Shown here: piece after piece, positions 1-7,226 of the stretch
How positions within the stretch are numbered: the first letter of the stretch is position 1
Layout: every line of letters starts with the position of its first letter
Virus record (IMG/VR): IMGVR_UViG_3300042567_001401
Span: 1 to 59,636 of that record
DNA: 59,636 nt
Origin: a virus
Taxonomy: Duplodnaviria; Caudoviricetes
Reading direction: 5' to 3' (one strand)
Position numbers and translations under genes: made by a program
The notes under the pieces: model-generated
Database searches by the model: none
Told to the model about the DNA's origin: nothing
The model's input: the letters and a program-made list of their open reading frames with translations, nothing else

Positions 1-16
1 AAGGGAGGGTAAAGAA

Positions 17-208
17 ATGAAAAAGTTTAATTGGTTTGGTTTTAGCAAAAAGATGTGGGATATTACTGCTGGATTGGCATTTACCCTCGCAGGAAGCCTT
101 GTTGTCTACATTACGCTTTCTGGGGTAACTCAGAGAATTGCTGGAATTGCAACACTAACTGCTATCCTCGTGCATTATGTGCATGAAATTCTAAAAAATG
201 ACGAATAA
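17..208 (+). CDS. small membrane protein, holin-like
   Basis: 63 aa with two hydrophobic helices (ITAGLAFTLAGSLVVYITL; IAGIATLTAILVHYV); GGGAGG RBS upstream; lies upstream of the endolysin. Confidence 0.5.
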   Translation: MKKFNWFGFSKKMWDITAGLAFTLAGSLVVYITLSGVTQRIAGIATLTAILVHYVHEILKNDE

Positions 209-262
209 AAAACTCTGAGATATAATATATATCAACGCCCGTTGGGGCAAGGAGGTGGTCTT

Positions 263-460
263 TTGTCTACTTTGTTGAATGAGAATAATAAGAAGATGCT
301 TGCATCTTGGGTAAGATCCTTTATCGGAGCTGGTCTTGCTGTCTATATGACAGGTAATCATGATCCTAAAGCAATTGCTACAGCAGGTGTTGCTGCTCTG
401 GCACCTGTGATTATGCGTTGGTTGAATCCAAACGATACTGCATTTGGTCGTACTAAGTAA
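263..460 (+). CDS. holin-like membrane protein
   Basis: Hydrophobic SFIGAGLAVY and AIATAGVAALAPVIMRWLNP segments; GGAGG at 251-255 favours TTG 263 over the track start at 242. Confidence 0.6.
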   Translation: MSTLLNENNKKMLASWVRSFIGAGLAVYMTGNHDPKAIATAGVAALAPVIMRWLNPNDTAFGRTK

Positions 461-484
461 TACCAAATTAATTTAGAGGTTAAA

Positions 485-742
485 ATGGCACAAGTTAAGA
501 ATATCCTTATGAGGATATTGGCTACATTTGCTGCATCGGGTTTAAGTGTAATCGGTGCTGGCGCTATAGCTAATGTCCCTTTGTGGAAAGCCTGCTTCAT
601 GGCAGGCATCGCTGGCGTTGCCGTAGTTGTGGAAGGACTCTCACGAGCATTCCTAGATGATGGTAAACTTAGTCTAGATGAAATTAATGCGGTGTTTTCT
701 AAAGTTGATAGAAAGAAGTCCGCAGAAGGAGATATTAAATAA
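485..742 (+). CDS. holin-like membrane protein
   Basis: Two TM segments and a charged C-terminus (DDGKLSLDEIN...); stop overlaps the endolysin start. Confidence 0.6.
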   Translation: MAQVKNILMRILATFAASGLSVIGAGAIANVPLWKACFMAGIAGVAVVVEGLSRAFLDDGKLSLDEINAVFSKVDRKKSAEGDIK

Positions 743-1584
743 TGGCTAAGAGAACAGAATGGGATTATATTGTTGAAGTTAAGCTTCCAGTAGCACTGAA
801 AGGCATTGAGCCAGGCAAATTGCACCCAAGTTTATTGAGAGATATCCCAGGCGGCGGTAAGTTGTTTTACCTTGCTGCTGATGCATGGTTGGCAATGGTT
901 GAAGCTGCAAAGGCTGATGGCGTTGAGCTTAAACCTACGAGCAGTGGAGATCTGTATCGCAGTTATGACAGCCAAAAGGCAGGGTTTCTCACCCGCTACC
1001 AGCTTGAACCAATTCCTGGTCAGAGCACAAAAACTTTTGAAGGTAAGACTTGGTACTTGAAGAAGGGCATGGCGATGCTCGCTACACCTGGCAAGTCACA
1101 GCATAACCTCGGCTTGGCAGTTGACATTGCTAACGCAAGTGAAAAGAAGAGAATTAATTGGTTGATTGCTAATGTTGAAAAGTTTGGTTGGTCATGGGAA
1201 GTAGTTCCATCAGAGCCTTGGCATATTCGTTATGTCTGTGGCGATGCAGTGCCTCAAGCAGTGAAAGAATATGTTGCTCGTAATCCAAGACCAAGCGGAC
1301 CATTCGGTTCTGTTGCAGATCAAAAAGCTGCTGCTGAAGTAAAGACTGCAGCGCCAGCTACTAATGCTACTGCTGCTGCTACAAAGAGAGTTATTAATCT
1401 AGGGAGCAAGGGTCCACTTGTAAAAGAGGCTCAAACACTTTTGGTTAAGCATGGTGTTAATTGTAAAATTGATGGAGATTTTGGTCCAAAAACATCACAG
1501 ATGGTTAGAGATTTTCAAACTAAAAATGGAATTCCTGCAACTGGTGAAGTAGATCAAGCAACTTGGTCAATATTGCTGGCATAA
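742..1584 (+). CDS. endolysin: M15 (VanY-like) Zn peptidase plus C-terminal peptidoglycan-binding domain
   Basis: YRSYDSQ, SQHNLGLAVD (SxHxxGxAxD) and EPWH motifs; Ala/Thr linker; PG_binding_1-like GSKG...IDGDFGPKT...FQ...G...TGEVD..TW. Confidence 0.9.
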   Translation: MAKRTEWDYIVEVKLPVALKGIEPGKLHPSLLRDIPGGGKLFYLAADAWLAMVEAAKADGVELKPTSSGDLYRSYDSQKAGFLTRYQLEPIPGQSTKTFEGKTWYLKKGMAMLATPGKSQHNLGLAVDIANASEKKRINWLIANVEKFGWSWEVVPSEPWHIRYVCGDAVPQAVKEYVARNPRPSGPFGSVADQKAAAEVKTAAPATNATAAATKRVINLGSKGPLVKEAQTLLVKHGVNCKIDGDFGPKTSQMVRDFQTKNGIPATGEVDQATWSILLA

Positions 1585-1616
1585 CCAATCTTTGATAATA
1601 TCTTATAGGAGATATT

Positions 1617-1949
1617 ATGGCTGCAACTAGAAATATTACTATTTATCAAGGCGATACCTACGCTCATGAGCTTCGTATTAAAAATAGTGCTAATGCTAAT
1701 GTAACTATTACATCTAGAACTTACACTGGTCAGATTAGAAAGAAAAGAAACTCTGACACGGTTGCAGCAACATTTACATCTGAAATTACAAACGGTGCTA
1801 ATGGCATCGTTGTCATGTCTTTAACCGCTGCGGCTACAGCGAATATTGCTGCAGGGACATATGTTTATGATTTTCAAGAAACTAATGGCACCGTTATCAC
1901 CACACTGATTACTGGAACGGTAACGGTAACTGGTGAGGTGAGCAGGTAA
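1617..1949 (+). CDS. virion structural protein (beta-sandwich fibre adaptor-like)
   Basis: ITIYQGDTY...AGTYVYDFQ...LITGTVTVTGEVSR pattern typical of small phage adaptor domains; GGAG RBS. Confidence 0.6.
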   Translation: MAATRNITIYQGDTYAHELRIKNSANANVTITSRTYTGQIRKKRNSDTVAATFTSEITNGANGIVVMSLTAAATANIAAGTYVYDFQETNGTVITTLITGTVTVTGEVSR

Positions 1950-2248
1950 TGGCTGGGGACATCACAACCGTTCAAGTATCTAGTGGCGATGTTACATCCC
2001 TGTCTGTATCCACAGATATTTCAAATATTACGGTAGCTTCTGATATTACAGGGGTGATTGTACAAACAAATGACACTACTGTGCTGACGCAATCTTCTGG
2101 GACAATCAATCTCGCTTCGTTATCTCTAGCGACAGCGGAACCAGAGGCGGTTGCTCGGTCTGGGAGTGTTGGTGTAAGTGCTTTAGCGGCTAGGGCGGAT
2201 CATGTTCATAGTGCAGCAAATCTATTAATGGATGGAGGAAATTACTAA
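1949..2248 (+). CDS. virion fibre-associated protein
   Basis: Ser/Thr/Val-rich; AARADHVH fibre motif; ends in DGGNY. Confidence 0.55.
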   Translation: MAGDITTVQVSSGDVTSLSVSTDISNITVASDITGVIVQTNDTTVLTQSSGTINLASLSLATAEPEAVARSGSVGVSALAARADHVHSAANLLMDGGNY

Positions 2249-3312
2249 TGGCGAATACGCTGAGAATTAAAAGAAGGGCGACTGGTAATGCTGGCGCACC
2301 TACAAGTTTGGAGAATGCAGAATTAGCATTTAACGAAGTAGATAATATTCTTTACTACGGTAAAGGGTCTGGTGGTGTAGGTGGAACCGCAACCACTGTT
2401 GAAGTAATTGGCGGTCTTGGTGCTTTTCTTGCTTTAACAACTGATCAAACAATTACTGGCAACAAGACATTTAATGGCACAACGATTGTCGCAACTCCAA
2501 CTGCAAACGGTCACGCAGCTACTAAACTTTATGTTGACACTGCAATTTCTGGTGTCACACTTACAAATACAGCAGTGACTGCCGCCTCTTATGGTGGTGC
2601 AGGAACTGTTGCTACATTTACTGTACAGGCTGACGGTAGGTTAACTGCTGCTGCAAACGCAACTATTTCAATCACTGCTTCACAAGTTAGTGATAGAGCA
2701 ACAAACCTTGTAACGGGTCTGACAGGGACTGCTAATGAAATTGCAGTGTCAAACTCTGGTGTCGGTGCAGTAACTCTGAGCCTTCCATCTAATGTCACTA
2801 TTTCAAATAATCTTACAGTCTCTGGAGATTTGATTGTTAATGGTAATACAACAACTCTTAACACAGCAACACTTGTTGTTGAAGATAAGAATATTGTTCT
2901 TGCCAATGTTGAATCACCAACGGACACAACAGCAGATGGTGCTGGGTTTACGATTAAAGGTGCAACAGATAAGACACTTAACTGGGTTGACGCAACAGAT
3001 GCTTGGACATCTTCTGAGCATTTCAATATTCTTACTGGTAAGTCATTCTACATTGGGGGCTCAGCAGTACTTTCAAATACAACTTTGGCTTCAAGTGTTG
3101 TTACCTCAAGTCTTACAACCGTAGGAACTATTGGTACAGGTGTGTGGCAAGGTACTGCTGTAGGTATCGCTTACGGTGGTACTGGTTCTGCAAATGCTTC
3201 TGATGCAAGAACTGCATTAGGTCTTGCAATCGGTTCAAATGTTCAAGCCTACAGCGCTCAGCTCGCAGCGCTTGCCGCTAACACTGCTACAATTGATGGT
3301 GGTACATTCTAA
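2248..3312 (+). CDS. fibre protein (Mtd/hyaluronidase-like N-terminal module)
   Basis: LRIKRR...APTSLENAELAFNE..NILYYG N-terminus; AATKLYVD fibre motif; VEDKNIVL and GIAYGGTG..ARTALGL motifs; ends IDGGTF. Confidence 0.75.
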   Translation: MANTLRIKRRATGNAGAPTSLENAELAFNEVDNILYYGKGSGGVGGTATTVEVIGGLGAFLALTTDQTITGNKTFNGTTIVATPTANGHAATKLYVDTAISGVTLTNTAVTAASYGGAGTVATFTVQADGRLTAAANATISITASQVSDRATNLVTGLTGTANEIAVSNSGVGAVTLSLPSNVTISNNLTVSGDLIVNGNTTTLNTATLVVEDKNIVLANVESPTDTTADGAGFTIKGATDKTLNWVDATDAWTSSEHFNILTGKSFYIGGSAVLSNTTLASSVVTSSLTTVGTIGTGVWQGTAVGIAYGGTGSANASDARTALGLAIGSNVQAYSAQLAALAANTATIDGGTF

Positions 3313-3325
3313 TTAAGAGGGGCTA

Positions 3326-3532
3326 ATGGCTAATGTAATAAAAATTAAAAATTCTGGCACAGCTAGTGCTGCTCCGACATCTTTGGAATATGGCGAATTG
3401 GCTATTAATTATGCTGATGGTATTTTATTTTTTAAAGACTCAAGTAATGCGATTATATCATTTGATATAAAAGGTGTACTTAAAGTAGATGTTTCTGATT
3501 TAGCTGTTGATGTAGCAATGTCAATATTCTAG
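3326..3532 (+). CDS. small fibre-module protein, paralogous to the N-terminus of 2248..3312
   Basis: IKIKNS...APTSLEYGELAINYADGILFFK aligns by eye with the preceding protein. Confidence 0.65.
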   Translation: MANVIKIKNSGTASAAPTSLEYGELAINYADGILFFKDSSNAIISFDIKGVLKVDVSDLAVDVAMSIF

Positions 3533-3550
3533 GGTGTAAAACCCTTATTC

Positions 3551-3559
3551 TGTTATAAT
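3551..3559 (+). promoter_or_regulatory. extended -10 promoter, probably leaderless transcript
   Basis: TGTTATAAT with ATG 3566 only 6 nt downstream and no RBS. Confidence 0.6.
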
Positions 3560-3565
3560 TGAACT

Positions 3566-4492
3566 ATGGATGATGTAAAGATTGAAACAAGTAAAACACT
3601 AACTTTAACACTTCCGAGTGATCCAACATCTAATGTGGTGTCAGTTAGTTTGTATCATGAGTTTGGATCACTTGTTTCTGGTCCAACAAACGCAACAAGA
3701 TCAAGCACTGGAGTTTATACCATCACCTATGGTCAACAAGCGTCTGGTATCTATATTCTAAATGCTGCGGGGAAATACCGAGCTGACTTTACTTACACAG
3801 TGAGTGCTGTTTCGTACACTCAATCTCAGTACTTTAATGTCTACACCCCGTATATAGACATTGATACATTTTTTGAGGATCACCCGACTCTTGAAGATGA
3901 ATGGTATGACAAGTTTGATAAATTAGAAAAAAAAGTAAGAAATATTATTAATACTTTTTGTGGTCAGTCTTTTGATTATTATCCAAATAAATATCTTGAA
4001 GTCATGGGTTCTGGGAAGAAATCAATTCATCTTCCAAACCCAATAGCAACATTGAGAAAGGTCACTGCGGATCCAGGAACTAATGACGAAATTGTTCTCC
4101 ATGACTATGAAGATGCAACAATGAACCATATTGAAAAGATTAAAGAGCAATACAGTTTTGGCGGCTCTTACTATGTGCAGTTTAGAAAATCAATTCTTGA
4201 TAGCGTAAATGTTCTTTTAATTGTTAATAAATTTAATCCAGAAAGCGTGTATAGAATTGAAGGGGATTTTGGTTGGAGATTTGTTCCCAATAACATAGAA
4301 CAGGCAGCCGACCTTCTCTTGGAAGATATGATGAATGATGACTCAATCTATCGTAGGCATGGTATTTATAGTGCGGATATGGATGTCCTCAAAATTCAAA
4401 CAGGTCAAAACTTCTATGAGTCAACAGGGAACATTGATGCAGACATATTGCTTATGGACTACACATTGTTTGTTATGGACTATGTGGTTTAA
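3566..4492 (+). CDS. head-to-tail adaptor (with N-terminal Ig-like extension)
   Basis: IINTFCGQSF and GDFGWRFVPNNIEQAADLL are typical of gp6/gp15-like adaptors; position ahead of stopper and tail genes. Confidence 0.75.
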   Translation: MDDVKIETSKTLTLTLPSDPTSNVVSVSLYHEFGSLVSGPTNATRSSTGVYTITYGQQASGIYILNAAGKYRADFTYTVSAVSYTQSQYFNVYTPYIDIDTFFEDHPTLEDEWYDKFDKLEKKVRNIINTFCGQSFDYYPNKYLEVMGSGKKSIHLPNPIATLRKVTADPGTNDEIVLHDYEDATMNHIEKIKEQYSFGGSYYVQFRKSILDSVNVLLIVNKFNPESVYRIEGDFGWRFVPNNIEQAADLLLEDMMNDDSIYRRHGIYSADMDVLKIQTGQNFYESTGNIDADILLMDYTLFVMDYVV

Positions 4493-4885
4493 ATGGCTTC
4501 GCAGACCTATTTTAAATTCACTCACAAAGGTGACATATATACAAAAAGTACGAGCACAAATGCGGCTGGTCAGCAGTACGCTTCTTATTCAAAAGTAGCT
4601 ACGATATCTTTTCAATTTCAATCACCTAGCACAAGCACTTCTTCTGGTGATGAAAGAAGACTTAGCCCATACCAAGATAGTATCCCAAAATTTGAAGCAC
4701 TTGTGCCAAAAGAATACGATACAAATATTACATACGGCAGCAGGCTGCAGAATGTGAAAGACAGGAACGGGAATGTAGTTGACAGTTATGTTTATGAAGT
4801 TGTCGGTATACAGCCAAAGTTTGGCTTTAGTGGTGCAAAGCACCATACCGTGGTTACTCTAAGAAGGGTGGTTGAAACAGCATGA
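4493..4885 (+). CDS. head-to-tail stopper / head closure protein
   Basis: 130 aa beta-rich; YEVVGIQ...HHTVVTLRR ending; synteny. Confidence 0.65.
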   Translation: MASQTYFKFTHKGDIYTKSTSTNAAGQQYASYSKVATISFQFQSPSTSTSSGDERRLSPYQDSIPKFEALVPKEYDTNITYGSRLQNVKDRNGNVVDSYVYEVVGIQPKFGFSGAKHHTVVTLRRVVETA

Positions 4886-5217
4886 TAAGAATATCTGGGG
4901 ATTTACAACCATTGATTAATAAAGTTGAGAAGATCCCAATGGAGATTGAATCAGCAGCTGCGGAAGCTATGATGGCGAGTGAGAGTAGTATACGAGATAT
5001 GCTTATTTCTGATTATTCTGGTATTTTTCAAGACTTCGTAGTAGAGCCAGGCAGTGATTTGAGCATCGGTGTTGTTTTAAAAAGAGGTGATATTTACCAC
5101 TTCCAGAATGCAACTGGCGCTGATATTGGTTATTTGATTGAACCTATTAAGAATATTGTAAAAGAAAATTTAAATCAATCCATCTCTAAATGCATGGGGA
5201 GTAATTATGGCTCTTAG
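4882..5217 (+). CDS. neck/tail completion protein (putative)
   Basis: Synteny between stopper and terminator; size. Confidence 0.45.
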   Translation: MIRISGDLQPLINKVEKIPMEIESAAAEAMMASESSIRDMLISDYSGIFQDFVVEPGSDLSIGVVLKRGDIYHFQNATGADIGYLIEPIKNIVKENLNQSISKCMGSNYGS

Positions 5218-5617
5218 CGTTTACGATATAAATACTGCTTTGAAAGCAGATAGCAGTTTGGCTAATATCGCTGGGAAGACTATGAATTTCTTTCCAGTTG
5301 TCGCAACTAACGGCGAGACTGCTCCATTTGTGATATATTATTACCAGCCTTCAATTCCAAGTAGCGAAGCTTATTGGATGAGAAAAGACATAATTAGGTA
5401 TTCAATATTTGATACTGATGCTGATCGTTTGTTTAGGCTTTCCGAAAGGGTTCTTGAAATCCTAGGAAGGGCTGATCAAGTCGCTCAGGTAGGCGGAATT
5501 ACGGGGACAAACTCCAGGATCCTGTCAAGTTATCAAATAGGGTCAAACCTAGTAGCGCCTTTAGAAAAGGAAGGCTGGTATAGAATGAACTTGGATTTTA
5601 GGGTATGTAATGTCTAG
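5207..5617 (+). CDS. tail terminator protein
   Basis: APFVIYY..., IRYSIF and WYRMNLDFRV pattern; upstream of the major tail protein. Confidence 0.65.
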   Translation: MALSVYDINTALKADSSLANIAGKTMNFFPVVATNGETAPFVIYYYQPSIPSSEAYWMRKDIIRYSIFDTDADRLFRLSERVLEILGRADQVAQVGGITGTNSRILSSYQIGSNLVAPLEKEGWYRMNLDFRVCNV

Positions 5618-5647
5618 CGAGAAAAGGGTATGGTAAAATAATAACAT

Positions 5648-5845
5648 ATGGAGTATAGTACTATTACATATATTGGTAAAACACCGAGCTATGTCGTTAA
5701 ACTTCGTAACTCAGTTTACGAATTTGAATGGAATAAAGGTCTCGGTATTGGCAATCGTCAAGGCGAAGTCAATGCCAAAGATATAGAAAAGATCGCTAAA
5801 TGGCGTGATAAGAAAGGCAGAAAGATATTTCGCCTGGATAAATAG
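5648..5845 (+). CDS. small structural-module protein (possibly YqbF-like)
   Basis: ITYIGKTPSY...YEF...EVNAKD...F pattern; preceded by TGGTAAAAT (5631-5639). Confidence 0.5.
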   Translation: MEYSTITYIGKTPSYVVKLRNSVYEFEWNKGLGIGNRQGEVNAKDIEKIAKWRDKKGRKIFRLDK

Positions 5846-5856
5846 GAGGAAGTAAT

Positions 5857-6438
5857 ATGGCAGTTAATGTTTCTAACATTATCGTTGGCGAGGCAACCAT
5901 TAAACTTGGTACAAATGCTAACGCAACAAGCATTGCAGCAATGAATAACTTTGCTGACATTGGAGCAACACAAAACGGTTTGGAAATCTCGTGGGAACCA
6001 GACATGGTTGATATTGAAATTGACCAATTTGGCGATGCCGCTAAGGTAATTCAGTCAAAGGTAAAGGTAATGGTTAAGACAACCCTTGCAGAAGGAACTC
6101 TTAATAACCTTGCAACAGCGTGGAACTACGATGATGTAACAGGCGGAGATTCGGTTAAGGCAAACAATGATGGCGCAAATACAAAGACATTCTTGTTTGG
6201 CGCACAGGGAGTAATCCCTTACGAGAAGGCACTCGTTGTTACAGGTACAGCACCTGGTTCAACAGCAGGTGACTTGCTTACCCGTAAATTCTACACAAAG
6301 CGTGCAATTTCAATGGAATCATCCACAATTGCAATGAAGCGTGCAGAAGCAACAATGTTCACAGTTGGCTTTAGAATTTTGCCAACAGTAGCAGATGTCG
6401 GTTACGAGTACGGCAAAATCGTTGACGAAACCGCATAA
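5857..6438 (+). CDS. major tail (tube) protein
   Basis: NIIVGEA, DIGATQNGLEISWEP..VDIEIDQ, TTLAEGTLNNL; strong GGAGG RBS; precedes TAC and TMP. Confidence 0.85.
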   Translation: MAVNVSNIIVGEATIKLGTNANATSIAAMNNFADIGATQNGLEISWEPDMVDIEIDQFGDAAKVIQSKVKVMVKTTLAEGTLNNLATAWNYDDVTGGDSVKANNDGANTKTFLFGAQGVIPYEKALVVTGTAPGSTAGDLLTRKFYTKRAISMESSTIAMKRAEATMFTVGFRILPTVADVGYEYGKIVDETA

Positions 6439-6459
6439 TCGTAATTAAATAATTTAGCT

Positions 6460-6519
6460 AAAGGCAATCGCCCCTTGGTATTTTGTGATAAACTTAATAA
6501 CCGAGGGGCGAAGCCCTTT
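6460..6519 (+). promoter_or_regulatory. long inverted repeat with an alternative short terminator-like hairpin
   Basis: tcgccccttggt (6468-6479) pairs with accgaggggcga (6500-6511); the right arm can instead form gggc-gaa-gccc followed by ttt. Confidence 0.5.
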
Positions 6520-6547
6520 ATATACGAGACATAAGGATGGAAATACT

Positions 6548-6853
6548 TTGAGCGATAAAAATAAAGATATTCTCGCTGGCACAGAAATCGTGTTTGCGGA
6601 TGGAAAGACAAGAACGATTAAGCCTTTGACAATTCGTAATCTTAGAAAGTTTATGAAGGTTGTTAAGGATCTTAAGAGCGAAGACACACTTGATGACAAA
6701 GATATTGACATTATGGTGGAAGCTGCTGGTATTGCTCTTGCAGCGGTTGACCCAGAATTGGGTAACGATAAAGAGAAGCTAGAAGATGTGCTTGACTTGC
6801 GTTCATTCGGTGAACTCATGTCGGCTGCAATGGGTTCAGACCCTTCCTTCTAG
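6548..6853 (+). CDS. tail assembly chaperone (gpG-like)
   Basis: Between MTP and TMP; IKPLTIRNLRKFMK motif; likely TTG start at 6548 after AAGGA (the track start 6485 lies inside the hairpin). Confidence 0.8.
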   Translation: MSDKNKDILAGTEIVFADGKTRTIKPLTIRNLRKFMKVVKDLKSEDTLDDKDIDIMVEAAGIALAAVDPELGNDKEKLEDVLDLRSFGELMSAAMGSDPSF

Positions 6854-7179
6854 GCGAAGAGGGGGCTGGTTCATCTGACCAATCTTGGGAGGATCTCCCT
6901 CTTCTAAAATACGAATCGGAAGTGTTTGTCAGAACGGGTTCTTGGGTGAATTTTGAATCACTTGAGACCCATCTGACATTGAACGAATTATTTTTGTTAT
7001 ATCGTGCTTGCATGAATGAAACAAGTACGGCGATGAAAATTGCTGCGGCTGCACAAGGTGCTGATGTTGATTTTGACGATGACTGGTACGATCCAGAACC
7101 ACCTAGGGCTGCGCAGGTCCATGACATTCTTGACATGAAGTTCGGAATGGGTTATGAAACGGTAAAGAAAGGTGAATAG
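6841..7179 (+). CDS. tail assembly chaperone frameshift extension (gpT-like)
   Basis: The -1 frame is open from 6814 to 7179, overlapping the TAC end (PFLLGEEGAGSSDQSWEDLPLLKYESEVF...); no good RBS before 6922. Confidence 0.7.
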   Translation, partial: PFLLGEEGAGSSDQSWEDLPLLKYESEVFVRTGSWVNFESLETHLTLNELFLLYRACMNETSTAMKIAAAAQGADVDFDDDWYDPEPPRAAQVHDILDMKFGMGYETVKKGE

Positions 7180-7226
7180 CCTTGCTTTAATTAACCCAAT
7201 ATGCGATAATTGTCATTGGCTGAATT

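Noticed and set aside
2248-3532. Diversity-generating retroelement suggested by Mtd-like N-termini
   Set aside because: No reverse transcriptase in the window and no template/variable repeat pair with adenine-specific mismatches was seen. The similarity is limited to the N-terminal anchor module.
6485-6547. Track start of the tail assembly chaperone at 6485
   Set aside because: It lies inside the intergenic hairpin. TTG 6548 has a better RBS and gives a typical TAC size.
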